Shown here piece by piece: positions 22,169-34,300 of a stretch of DNA of 64,000 nucleotides; positions within the stretch are counted from its first letter, which is position 1; every line of letters begins with the position of its first letter. This DNA comes from Gekko japonicus (Eukaryota). Under the pieces are notes generated by a model that was not told the origin of the DNA, did not search any database, and saw nothing but the letters and a program-made list of their open reading frames with translations. Made by a program: the position numbers and the translations under genes. The stretch is taken from the NCBI RefSeq assembly GCF_001447785.1, contig NW_015169821.1, positions 244,676 through 308,675 of the forward strand, read 5' to 3'.

Positions 22169-25100
22169 TTATTCCGGACCTCCACGCTGTAAAAGAAAAT
22201 ATTATATATTAATCTTTTAATCAGTATATATTCCTATGTATTTAATTATAATTTGGGCTTTCTTTGCACTTGTTAACCCACTGATATAATGCTTAAGTTC
22301 AAGAGGAATACAGAACCACACAAAATCATGTGTCACCATTTGGATCTTTCCTCCATCTGTTGTTTATGGGTCTTGGTAGATTTAGGGTAGCCTGTCCATC
22401 CCACTCTGCCACCCAGAAGTGTTCGTTTGATTCCCTAGGACAGTGGTACTCACTCCACAGATCACAAAGAGCCACATCCACCATCAACCAAAAAAGCCTA
22501 TGCATTGTGCTCAAAGTTATTCAATAGGTCTGGTTGACTGAACTGAGGCTATTATACTTGGGTCATGTCCTGAGAAGACAAGACTCACTGGAAAAGACAA
22601 TAATGCTAAGAAAAGTTGAAGTCAATAGGAAAAGAGGAAGACTCAACATAAGATGGACTGACTCACTAAAGGAAGTCATGGCCTTCCGTTGACCTGAGCA
22701 AGGCTGTAGAATGCCTTGGAGATCATTAATTCATACCATTGACGTAAGTCAGAAGCGATTTGATAGCACATAACATGCAAAGGTAGAAACCTGGGCAGCA
22801 GAAGGTGCCGTAACTTAATTTTACTTCAGTGTGCACTTTAAAAGCACAGCCTGGCTCACAAGGTGTCATTGTTTTCCCTCGCATACCAGCTTAGTGCAAA
22901 GAGCTCTACCACAGTTCAGTGGCACAAAGCTGCCCAGACTTTGCATATCATTCCTAGAGGCAGAACAAAACCGTATTCCACCCCAACTGCATGCACTACA
23001 TGACACAAGAGGGTGACCCCAGTCTCCCCTGTCACTGCAAAGGCTCCTGAAGTGCATGTCTCAGATTATGAACTGCTTCACTGGCAGCCTTGTAAACATT
23101 AGGATTGTAAACAGCCAGATGCACCTGCACAATTTCTACTTGTCAGGCAACTCTTAGAACCAGTTTGGTGTAGTGGTTAAGTGTGCAGACTCTAATCTGG
23201 GAGAACCGGGTTTGATTCCCCACTCCTCCACATGCAGCTACTGGGTGACCTTGGGTCAGCCACAGTATTGCACAGCTGTTCTCTTGAGCAGTTCTCTGAG
23301 AGGTTTCTCAGCCCCACCTGCTTCACAGGGTGTCTGTTGTGGGGAGAGGAAGGGTAAGAGATTGCAAACCACTCTGAGTGAAGGGCGGGCTATAAATCCA
23401 ATATCTTCTTCTACTCTCCTTCTTAAAGGCACAGGAGGCACCAGCAGACAAAAGGTGAGCATTCTTAGTAAGACATCACAGAGGCTGCAATCCTTAGAAA
23501 AAGCTCCTGGGAGTAAGTCCCATGGCATAAAATGGGAGTTCCTTCCAAGGAGACGTACTTAGGATTGGCTCCTGAAGAACTGTGTTCAAGATAATCTGAG
23601 AACAGACTCTCTAGTTTCTGGCCAAGAAACTTTCCATGTTAAGCCACAATCCAGTAAAGAGTTAAGAATATTTTTGTGAATATTTTTGTCTCTTGAGTTA
23701 ATTGTAGGTTTGGTTTTGGATTTGTGAGGATTAGCTGCCAACTCTTCATAAAGAGAAGAAAGCTCTCTGCAGCAAATGTTGAGGGAAGAAAGGCAGACAG
23801 GCACATACAGCATACAATAAGTTAAGGCTTCGTTTGTGTCAGACTTATTTATTTATTTATTTATTAGATTTTTACCCTGCCCTTCCAGCAGAGCCGGCTC
23901 AGGGCAGCTTACACAACCAGTATAAAACACTGCAAAATGTGACAATAAAAACTACAATATAAAAACCATCAATACACAGTTTAAAACTATAAATATTACA
24001 ACATATTAAAGTGCTAGTGTTCAATCCTCGGCGTACAGTCAGCTTCTTGATATTCCCCAAATTTCCGGGTGGTCCGCTCGAGCTGTAATTGTGGGACCCA
24101 GATGGTCGGGCTTGCTCTTCATAGGCTGTCAGATAACAATGGTGGCAGTGGTGGTGGCGGCTCCAAAAGCCTGGCGGAAGAGCTCCGTTTTACAGGCCCT
24201 GCGGAACTGTCCCGCAGGTCCCTGATCTCCTCTGGGAGCTCATTCCACCAGAGTGGAGCCGCCACCGAGAAAGTCCTGGCCCTAGTTATCACTAGCCTGG
24301 CCTCCTTGATGTTCGGGAGGACCAACCGATTCCCGACTGCAGTGCTCTCTGGGGGGAAAGGCAGTCCCTCAGGTATGAAGGTCCCTGGCCATAAAAGGCT
24401 TTAAAGGTGATAACCAGCACCTTGAACCAGATCCGGTATGCTATAGGCATCCAGTGCAGTGCTTTAAGGGTGGGCTGGATGTGTTCCCACACAGGAAGAC
24501 ACAACAGCAGCCTCGCCACTGCATTCTACACTAGCTGCAGCTTCTGGATCTGGGACAAGGGCAGCCCCATGTAGAGGGCATTACAGTAATCCAATCTCGA
24601 GGTGACCAATGCGTGGATCACTGTTGGCAAGTCGTTGCGTTCAAGGAAGGGAACCAACTGCCTAATCAGCCTGAGGTGGTAGAAGGCCGACTTGGCAGTG
24701 GCTGCTACCTGGGCCTCCATTGTTAAGGAGATGTCTAGGAGCACTCCCAAGCTCCTAACCTCCAGCGCAGGCACCAGTGGCGCCCCATCGAAGATCGGGA
24801 GTGGGATCCCTACCCCCGGACTGCTCCGACTCGGGCACAGGACCTCCGTCTTTGTCGGATTCAATTTCAGCCGGCACAGCCTAAGCCAATCAGCCACGGC
24901 TTAGTCAGCCTTCTACAGGGTAATAAAACGTCTGACACAAATGAAGCCTCAACATACCTGTAACATTATACACGCCTGCCTCTTTTCTCACTTCCACCAT
25001 GAATAACAGAGAGAGAGAGAGATTAAACAGCAGAGGGGGTGGACAGAAGAGTTTGGTTTGGTGGTTTTCCTCAGGATAGAGCTGAGTGAACGTGCTCAGC

Positions 25101-28100
25101 AACAATCTGCTGCCTACCTGGGCTCTGTGAGCATCACAGCTAAGTAAAAGGGATGAGTCCTGGGAACAAATCAGAAAGGGGGAGGGAAAGAATTAAGATG
25201 AGAGCACCCAAGCAGCAAAGTGGTGCCCATGCATGCTGGAGTCCAGTCAGTTGTGTCTGCAGCAATTTGTAAGACAGTTCCACCAGCCTGAGGCTACAAG
25301 CCCCAGCTAGCTACAACAAGCACTGCTGAGAAGTGCACTGAAATCAGGGACAAAGAAAGTTCTACCAAGATGAAGCATTATTGGAAACCCTCTTTGCTAT
25401 CTGCTACAGCTGCAGGTATGCTAGCATCGCCCTGACTCACTTGCTATCAACTCATGGGGGCTTCCTCTTATCTTCTGTCCCATCACTTTCTCCCTCTATC
25501 TCGCAAAGTTTCAGAAGAGCCATTGGTGACAAGACAGAAAGAACCATATGCAGCTCGCGAGCTGTGGAGTGCGTATCACTGTCCTGTGGTACAAGCCATG
25601 GAAAAGTAGCAAAAGGCCAGCATTTTGCAACCTCCTCCCCAAAAGACTGCAATCTGGTACCAGGTTAAAGAAAAAGAAAATTAATACGCCTGACAGCTGA
25701 CGGAGCAGCAATAGAGCAGAAGGGGCTATTTAAAGCAAATGATAACTGTAGATATATGCCTTAATGGCTGTAAACTGGACATGAACACATTTCTGTTACT
25801 GTTTCTGAATGTATATATTCTCCTTTTTAGCTTAGCAACCACAAAACATAATTTAAAACAATAACCTAAAAATAATGTACTTCATTTGCAGCCACCTCCA
25901 GAATGCTCTAATAATTACATCAATTTACCATTGAAACGGGAAGTGAAATTTCCTCAGCCAATTGAACTAAATGGAGGAACCCATGTAGTGGTTTATAGTT
26001 CTATATTGTTCTAGCTGTATATCTTCCACTAATACTCCCTTTGTTTTTTGTTTTGTTTTTTTAAAAAAATTATTAGTTTTTACACACTAAAAAGAAAAAC
26101 AACAACTAGAAACAAAGAAAGACTAACACAGAACAAACATGGAACTTGTACTCATTATAACTGCTTAAATCTTACATAAGTAGAATCATTCTTTTATGCA
26201 CCTAAACCAATTTAACCATTTGAAGTATAGAGCTATCTTCCACTAATACTCCCTTTGTGAAGGATTACCTACATAATTTTGAGTATGCACCCTCAACCAA
26301 TAGCATACAGATAGATAGCCTACCAACTTGGGGACTGGGAAGAATATTGAGCCAACTTTTATTGCATGCAGAAGCTTTTACAAGCAGTCACAACGAGACA
26401 CAATAATCTCTACTTGCAAAATTACCCTCTAATTCAGAGAAATAGTTACAAGACAGGACTGTAAGCATAAACAAGAGCTAGTAATTTATTATGTAGAGGA
26501 GCCATGTCAAAGTTGTAAAGAGATAATAAATACCAAAGGAAGCTACAAATATTCTGGAACTTACTTGGATGTATTCCATCTCTTCAACTGACACAGGTTT
26601 CCTCCGGTATTTTGTAGGTAAAGTCCGTACTAGTTCTGCAGTGTCTGGCGTGCCTTGTGCTCTACTAATGGATGAAATATTTTGATAGGATGGCGGCTGA
26701 CCTCCTAGAGACCTTTGTGAGGCTGAAGGATGGAGCGGAGGCACCCTTGATTCTAAAGATTCCTGCACTGAAAGACCAACAAAATAGATCCAAAACCATC
26801 TGTATTAGCACAAATATTTCAGACATCCCAGATTATGCAACTCATTATTAAAAGGCATACATCAAGAAATAAAACATTGACCAAGATATTGAGATGATCC
26901 TTGAGAGAACTGGGGTTCTAAGTTCCAAAAACACTGGAAGAATTCCCAGCATGAACACCAAAACACAGCATGGATTTTCTGAAGATAATGCCAAATCCAC
27001 AGAATCGAATGATGTGTTAAAGGTATTTCAAGGGCTCAGGAAAGGGCTTTTTAAAAAGCATACAATGTTAGGCAGGGCCTAAGGTTGCAAATTATAGACT
27101 TGAGAAGATACATTGGCCATAAATTTTATTAGATCTCCACCTCTGACAGTTCTAAATAGAGGGCCTCTACAGAAATCTTCAAGGGACAAAAGATCAAATG
27201 CTTATTGCCATTTATTATAAGAGCAGCACTATATGAATTAATGTTCTGATCACCAGCATTATTCACAGTATAGGAAACATATACTGCACTTCTGTTATTG
27301 TCTGTCCAGAATTGCCTGAAGGGGTAGTGATGTGCTGCAAAAAAAAATTCACTTCTCCAGTGCTTGGAATGGCACCTCCAAAGTAACAGCAAATATTAGT
27401 TCAAAATTATTTCAATCCTAAACCAGAAAGCAAGCTTGAAATCCTGAATCAGGCTTTTAACTAAAGGTTTATCTTTCTCAGCTTTTTGAGCCTGCTTATA
27501 GGCTGAGGACTCTTTTACCAGTACCATTTTAGACTACTAAATGTTTTATGCCATTTTAATACTATGGCTGTTTTTTAATGGTTTGTTAATTTCAATGATT
27601 TTATCATTTTATACTTTGTGAGCCACCTAGAGCAGGTCTCTGGAAAGGCAACAAATAAACTTTCTAAATAAAGACATAAATGTATTTATTTACTGAAAAT
27701 GTTCATACACCCCATTTTTCTCTCAACATTGTCAGGACCCACAGTAGGTAACAACAACAAATATGATATAAAAATAAATATATATTAAAATGCATTATAC
27801 AATTATGCCAGAGCTCCCAAATATAAGCTCTCTTAAATAACTATTTTACAGCTTTGCTTCCAGGAGGCTGTTCCACAGCATCAGGGCAGCAACAAAATGG
27901 CTCAAGCCATAACAAACTATATTCTCAAGAGAGGGGGACTGCTAGGAGACTCACAACTACCATAAAGGCCCATATCACAAGAGACAATTCTTGAAGCGAG
28001 GGCTTTAAAGGTAACCAGCAACATCTTAAATAGGATCCACAAACAAAGAGGCAGCCAGTGAAGAGACTCTAGGACCAATGTAATTTAGTTCTAATGGGCA

Positions 28101-29719
28101 GCCCCCAGTAGGTAACAAATGGGCTGTTATATTTTGCACCAGCTGAAATTTTCAAATGATGTTCAAGGGCAGCTTCATGTACAGTGTATGGCAGTAATCT
28201 AGCCTTCAGGTTACCATAGTATGGATCAGCAACAGTGAAGAAACTCTCAATAAATAAAGACATTCTACCAGCCAACATCACCTTTGTTTTGCCTGGATTC
28301 AGTTTCAGTTGACCACCACACTGAGGCACTGGCAGTGCCTGCTGATTTAGTCAAAGTGAGCATACCAATGACATCCCATTTCAAAACTGCCATTGGTACT
28401 CAAAAATGTTATCTAATACAAGTATGTTTACAAAAGAGATACTTACTTATAGGTTTGGGGATATTTGTTCTGTCTGGAAACTTAATCAAGGGTGTATGTG
28501 GCTTTACTACCTAAAGAGGAAACAAGTGAAAGGAAATGGAAGATACATGAGGAAGGTAAGACAGTAATAGATGTATGAGATAAAATGTTTCTTGCCAAAG
28601 ATGAAATCCAGCAAATACTGATGCTTTGCTTTCTAGTCCTTTTAATGTGTATTACAGGACTGATCAACACAGCTCTTGGAATGCAAAACCAGCAAACACA
28701 TCTGAGTACACTACCATTTCTGCAGAACTGACTTACAAAAGGTAAAGATTTCAATGTATTCCTAAATTATCTCCAGAGGAAAAAAACCCATGTCAATTCA
28801 TCTGCTAAGGATGCCCAGAAATAAATCCAGTGGTGGTGCTGGGCTCATTCTTGTACTATTCAAGGACAGAGATTAGCCGCATGGATGGCTAGCTAGCATT
28901 AAAGCGTAGCCTCCAATGGTCACACTGAATCATTAACACAGATTTCCCCCAAAATCTTTCCCTTTTTATCTTTCAACCCAGTTTCTGTTTCAAGGAGGCA
29001 ACGGAGCGATTACATTACATCACACCCTCTTCCACCAAGGAATTTATTATGACACTTTCCTATCCTGGGCAGAGGAAGGGAAGGAAAACTAAGACGGACC
29101 TAGCCATCCTCCCTCCGCCCTAGTCATGGCCCCGGCTACAGCCCACACAAAAGCTGCTATGTGTGTGGACAGCACCCCAACAGGAAAAATGCAAGTTCAA
29201 TAGCTGCTTAACGTGGTGAACTTCTGCGAAGTGACAAAGGAAAACACTGTCGAAGTCCTTGGGCACCAGCCTTGCAGAAACTACCCTCCCCAGGGCTGTC
29301 CTAGGCAAGGAGGGGACACTGGCTGTCAAAATAGGGTCCTCATTAAGCAAACAACGACTCCAGGATACGATCTCGCGCCTTTCTGCGAATCCGCCGGGGG
29401 AAAACAGCCTCTTTGCGGAGAGGCCCCAGCTCGGCCCCCACCTCCCGCACTCAGTCGGCCGGCCAACCGAACCGCTTCTCCCCACCGCCGCCACCTTTGG
29501 CCATGCAAGCCCCCGCAGCGTCCTCCTGCAGAGTTTTCCCTCCCTCCAAGGACACTGGCCGCAGCAGCACTTCCCACCCGCTAATCGCTCCGTCTCCAAA
29601 CCCAGGCCTCGACACGCTCGCCCCGGCCTGGCGCACAGGCGGCACGATCTACCGCTCCGGAGGCGCCTTGCCTGACCTACCTGAACGACCCTAGTGGCGG
29701 CCGCCATCTTACTGCCCAT
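22169..29719 (-). CDS. MRPS36: MRPS36/KGD4, alpha-ketoglutarate dehydrogenase complex subunit 4 (107 aa)
   Basis: Exons 29681-29719 (MGSKMAAATRVVQ), 28447-28510 (VVKPHTPLIKFPDR..), 26565-26767 (..KYRRKPVSVEEMEYIQ), 22169-22186 (RGGPE*). Phases are consistent (324 nt). AATAAA on the minus strand at 22111-22116. Confidence 0.96.
22530..22775 (+). mobile_element. RTE-clade LINE 3' fragment
   Basis: Translation YLGHVLRRQDSLEKTIML..RKRGR. Confidence 0.65.
23157..23413 (+). mobile_element. tRNA-derived SINE (Squam3-like)
   Basis: Pol III A box (TGGTGTAGTGG) and B box (GGTTTGATTCC) head with a (CTT)n tail; other copies at 21494, 38626 and 52345. Confidence 0.8.
23844..24903 (-). mobile_element. 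L2-clade LINE, 5'-truncated
   Basis: Translation [39 protein letters not shown]; (TTTA)n tail at the left end; flanks GTCAGACTT / GTCAGCCTT resemble a TSD. Confidence 0.85.
26045..26233 (-). mobile_element. Short retrotransposed fragment (L1/Tx1-like 3' end)
   Basis: T-rich head on the plus strand (A-rich tail on minus), flanked by a 25-bp direct repeat TATCTTCCACTAATACTCCCTTTGT. Confidence 0.6.
27680..28335 (-). mobile_element. Old, degraded L2 fragment
   Basis: Remnant LKLNPGKTKVML and other degenerate L2 3' features. Confidence 0.5.
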
Positions 29720-30000
29720 GGTGACCCTCGGTCCAGGCCGGGGAAAGGGCGCATCCGGGCTGGGCCTTGCGGGAGGGAGGGGGCGTGGATCTCGCCAAGC
29801 CCCGCCCGGCGAAGGGCGTGACTTTGCCTAGAGAGAATACCTGGGCGCTGACTTGACAGAGCGAGGGGCGTGGCCAGAGTAGGAAGCACCTCCTCCAGCC
29901 TGGAAAACGGGACTTCAGGAAGCCGGGGGTGGGGCGAGAAGGGGGATGCGAACTAGAGCTGGCAAGTTACGTTTTCGCCTCCCACTCCGCAGCTCCCTTG
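29380..30000 (-). promoter_or_regulatory. MRPS36 CpG-island promoter with a YY1 motif over the second ATG
   Basis: CpG-rich around exon 1. AAGATGGCGGC (YY1 consensus) on the minus strand at 29700-29710; GC boxes upstream. Confidence 0.7.
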
Positions 30001-31348
30001 AAGTCTGCAGTGAGTGTTAAGGCACACATTCAAGAGCCATTGCATTGCGAGCGTGAGTTTACAGTGACTGGGGCTGTTGTAGGTGTATTAAAGGAGTTTG
30101 ACACTGGGATTTAAAATTTGGGGGAGTAAGCTGAGCAGCATATGGTAAGTAGTGACATAACCTGCCCCTCTACATCAGTTTTACTTGTGTTCACAATGTG
30201 GCAGGTAGCATCTTTTTGCAGATTTATAGTGATACCCTATTAGTAGCAGAAGTAGAATCCCACCACATGAGATTTACATATGCAGCACATGGAAGAAGGC
30301 AGGTTAATGTTTGTTTTTCCTACTATCTACTAGGGTTTCCAGTTCTGGGTGTGGAAATATTTGGAAATTTGGGGTTGGGGCGCTAAGAGACCTCATCAGT
30401 GTACAGTGCTATACAGGCCATCCTCCAAAGCAGCCATTTTCTCCAGGGGAACTGATCACTGTTAGCAACTCTATCCCAACCATGTAGAAAACCTCAATGA
30501 AAGCTTTTAAACAGCAATTTACCCCTCTACCAACTCACATTAAAGTGGAAGAATTGATAGTTACACCCTTCTGTAATTTCATTTTAATAGAACATACCTT
30601 AAAAGTAGCAAAATGCATTAATAAAAAAGGCATGTTTTTCTTCTTATAACACAAAAAAGGTTTTTATTTAGAATACCAAGCATGTGAATCACCCCACCAT
30701 CATTAAAAAGCTAATCCCTGTTGATAAATTCACTTTCTTCACCTACATATATATAGAGAAGAATGACAATACACAGAAGAATGTGAACAGAAACCTAACC
30801 TAGAGTAACTAAGCATACTGTTGTACTAGACAGCTCTTGGCTGCCCAGAATTTTGAAATGAAAATCCACCATTACTGAACCTGGATTTCTAAAGCTACTA
30901 AAGTTAGAATGATTTTAAACTTTTATCAAAATGCTAAAAACTGGTTCTTACACAGCTAGTTTGAAGCATGTTTTGCATAAAATATGTTCATGACTAACAA
31001 TTGATAGTGAAGTCCACCAGAGCCCACCTCTGTGAAACGTAGCCTTTCTGGCAGGAAGTGAGGACAAAACCCAGCTAGAGTATTGTTCTGACTTTGTCCC
31101 AGTAAAGAGACAGTACCTTTCTTCCCAGCAGTAAGAAAAGCAGAAGAGACAAAAATTAGGCTGGAATCACAATATTCCCAACTCCCCGTGGACATTTACA
31201 ATTATTTACACAACTTAGAGGTCACATTACAGCAGTAACTTTTTGGAGTCCTGAAGTATACATCAGTACAAAGTGTCCGTACACAACTGTTAGACAGATT
31301 GCCAGTACAGAGAATATACAAAAACACAGTATTGGTAGTGCTGCTTCT

Positions 31349-34300
31349 TCAGAGTCCAGCCACGTTCTTCTCCAGCTGCAAAACAATTGCCTTCAAATCT
31401 GGGTCCTTTGCCCAATTGACTCCACTTGCAGTAATAAGACTCTGAAACAGATCACAGTTAAACTACAGTCTGAGGATGTACATAACAATAACTTATACAG
31501 ACTCATGCTCTCTATATTCTAAAAATAAACACAACTACTCTTTGCTTTAAAAGAACTTATTCCAGTTGGTTTCTGTTTCAGAAGTACTCATTCACCGTTA
31601 GGATGCTGCTGTTACATGTGATTTTGGCACAAATTTTGCAAAACTGTCAGTATGAGAACCACTTAAAAAGATTTTTCTAAGTTTCATACCATAGGTTGGA
31701 TATAAAGAATTATGATGAAGAACTCTGCTTGTGGATGTGATTGCTGTACCTCCTTCCTCTTTTGGCAGCCCCCTGAAGGCAAGCAGTGGCAAACTGAAGG
31801 TCTGGAGACCCCACGGGCCACCGTAAGTCAGCTGCAACTTGACAGCCAAAAAAAAAAAAAAAGAGGAAGAGTTGTTCCCGAGGTTGGTTGGGGAATCCTT
31901 GAAGACAGCATGGAAAATTGCACAGAAATTATGGACCTTTCCCTTGGCGCAAGCAGGAGTGCCTTCTACTCAGACAAGTGCAAGTTACCAAGCTATATAC
32001 CTGGTCATTTCCCATATATTTCCAATGAGTAACTGTATTTTGTCAATAGGCCATGAAATCTTATCTAAAAAAAATCAGATCATGGCCTTTGCTCCAGTAA
32101 GCAATTTTTACCAATAACTTAAAACACAAGGGGATGATACTTTCAGCGAGATGAGCTTATATAGATGTAATTTAACAAATCTGTCAGTTCTTTTAACAAT
32201 TATTTTACCTGAAAAATATTTTGAATCAGTGTAGTCATCTTAATTTCCTGTTGCAGATTTTGACGAGCCTTCGTTAATATTTCTCCTACTTCCATATTTT
32301 CTAATTCATCTTTTTGTTTTCTCTTTGTTTCATGTATTTGCGCCAGTTTGCATTCCCCTGCTCTCTTTAGTGCTGTTAATTTAAAAGGGAAATAAGGCAA
32401 TAAGCTTGCTAATTTTCAAACATATTAACCCTTTACTCTTGTACAAATACAAGAAGGAAGAGTGGCAAAGTCACCCAAGGCCCCCTCCCTTGCTGACCCC
32501 ACTACCCACAAAGCATGCCATATTGCTCAGAAGGGTCTCGCAGTCCTCAGCAGTTGTTCTTTGGGGGAAAGCAGGAAGATCCATTTTTGTAAGCGCCTTC
32601 CATTTGTGGGAGTTTGGATCCAAGTCAAGATAACTATAATTTCATTTCCTTTTAAGAACTTACCTAGTCTGCTCTGCTTAACCTCGTTCAGTTTTTCTTC
32701 CAACTCACGAGAGTTCTGCATTAAAAATAGTTTTTCTTGTCAAAAGACAGTACAGCTACAAAAACTTTTATTAAAGATATAAAGCAATGCTCACACTACA
32801 ACCTGTTTTAATATGCTTTTACAGGCAATGAGCTGTAACATTTTAATATAAAGTCTACATACCTGCTGGGATTTAAGTATTGCCGTACTCAGCAACATGA
32901 TGTGCTTCATGGTATCCCAGATCAACCTAATGAGAGCATACACAAACATGAGTATGATTTCATAAGTGTCAAGGCCAAGCTAGGCAGACCTTAAACAAAA
33001 CCTTAGCAGTTTGGGGGCTTGGAATGGAAAATGAGTATTGGGAAGGAAGGGGCATTTTGCCCATACAGTCTTCCACTGCCAATCTACTCCTCCCTCCCAT
33101 AAAGTTTCACGCACAAATTACTACCAACACACATTTGGAATCCCATGAAGTGATAAGCAGTTTGGGGGAGAGAGGAGCTGCAGCAGAAAATAGTGGTCAA
33201 GAAAAGTATGCAGCCCCTTGCCCCACAACACTACTTGTCTGACCCAAGTCACCCATCATGAGCTGCTCCTCCTTAGAAAAAAGTCTCCAGGGTTTTCTTA
33301 AATGATTTTGCATGTAGCATGAAGTTTGTCTCTTAGTTAACTTCAAGTGGCGCCCACATCCTTTAAGTTAATACTGACTTCATCCCCTTTTTAAACTGTT
33401 CATTAAAGAAGACTTCAAAGATCTGCTGTTATCAAAAGTAATGAATGCTAATATTGGAGTATTCTCTTTACAATGCCCCCCCCCCCGAAATCTGAGACCA
33501 CTTTGTTATATTAATGTGTGCTGCCCCTGCTAAGCACTAGACATCAGGGAGCCAGCAACACTAAATAGCAAGTGGTAACAGAGCCATCTTAGATGCAGTA
33601 ATCATCATCTGAAATTATGGTTGCACAATCCATATGTTAAGAGTGCCGGCCATTCTGACTGCCCATGTGAGAAGGCCATATGAAATCCAGAATGAGCAAG
33701 CCAGCCAAACCCTGCTTTTGCCTAAATTTCCACTGCACAACTGGGGGGTGGGCATGATCCACCTACCCACTGAATGGGTTCTAGACAGCAGCATAAACCA
33801 ATTGTAAAATTGCTCTGTATTCCATAAAGACAATTTCAGGGTCTCTAGATGCACAGTAGGTAATTTACAGCACTGGCTGCAGTTACAAGTCTTTGTGGCA
33901 ACATGTGAACAAATCAGTTACATCAGATGCTTAGGACACTGACTGTAATTATATTCTCAGAATTTTCATTCTCGCTTTAAGCACTAGAAAAATCCATCTA
34001 CATTCTCGTTGCTCAGCTAGATAATCACTTATTTGCATGCCCATACTGCAGCACAGCCATAAATAGGCAAGTGAAAACTTTATGATGGAATATCTAAGTC
34101 AGGTGGTTTAAGAAGTCTTCTTGTTTTAGACTTTCAGATTCCCTTACTTGGAGTCAGCATCGTCATTCCTCAGTTTGGTTCTGAGGGCTTCAGTTACTTG
34201 GATCCTTTGAAGAACAGAGAAATCACAAGAGAAAATGTATAAATACTCTAAATATTTTTACAGAACACATTACAACTATGTAATGAGTATTTGTTTGTCT

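Noticed and set aside
23157-23235. tRNA gene
   Set aside because: The A and B boxes belong to the head of a multi-copy SINE; there is no complete cloverleaf.
29120-29719. 199-aa single-exon ORF
   Set aside because: Only the first 13 codons are MRPS36 exon 1; the rest is GC-rich intron read-through.
31712-31800. Possible C/D box snoRNA (ATGATGA...CTGA)
   Set aside because: Antisense to the host CENPH intron, with no terminal stem and no recognisable guide sequence.
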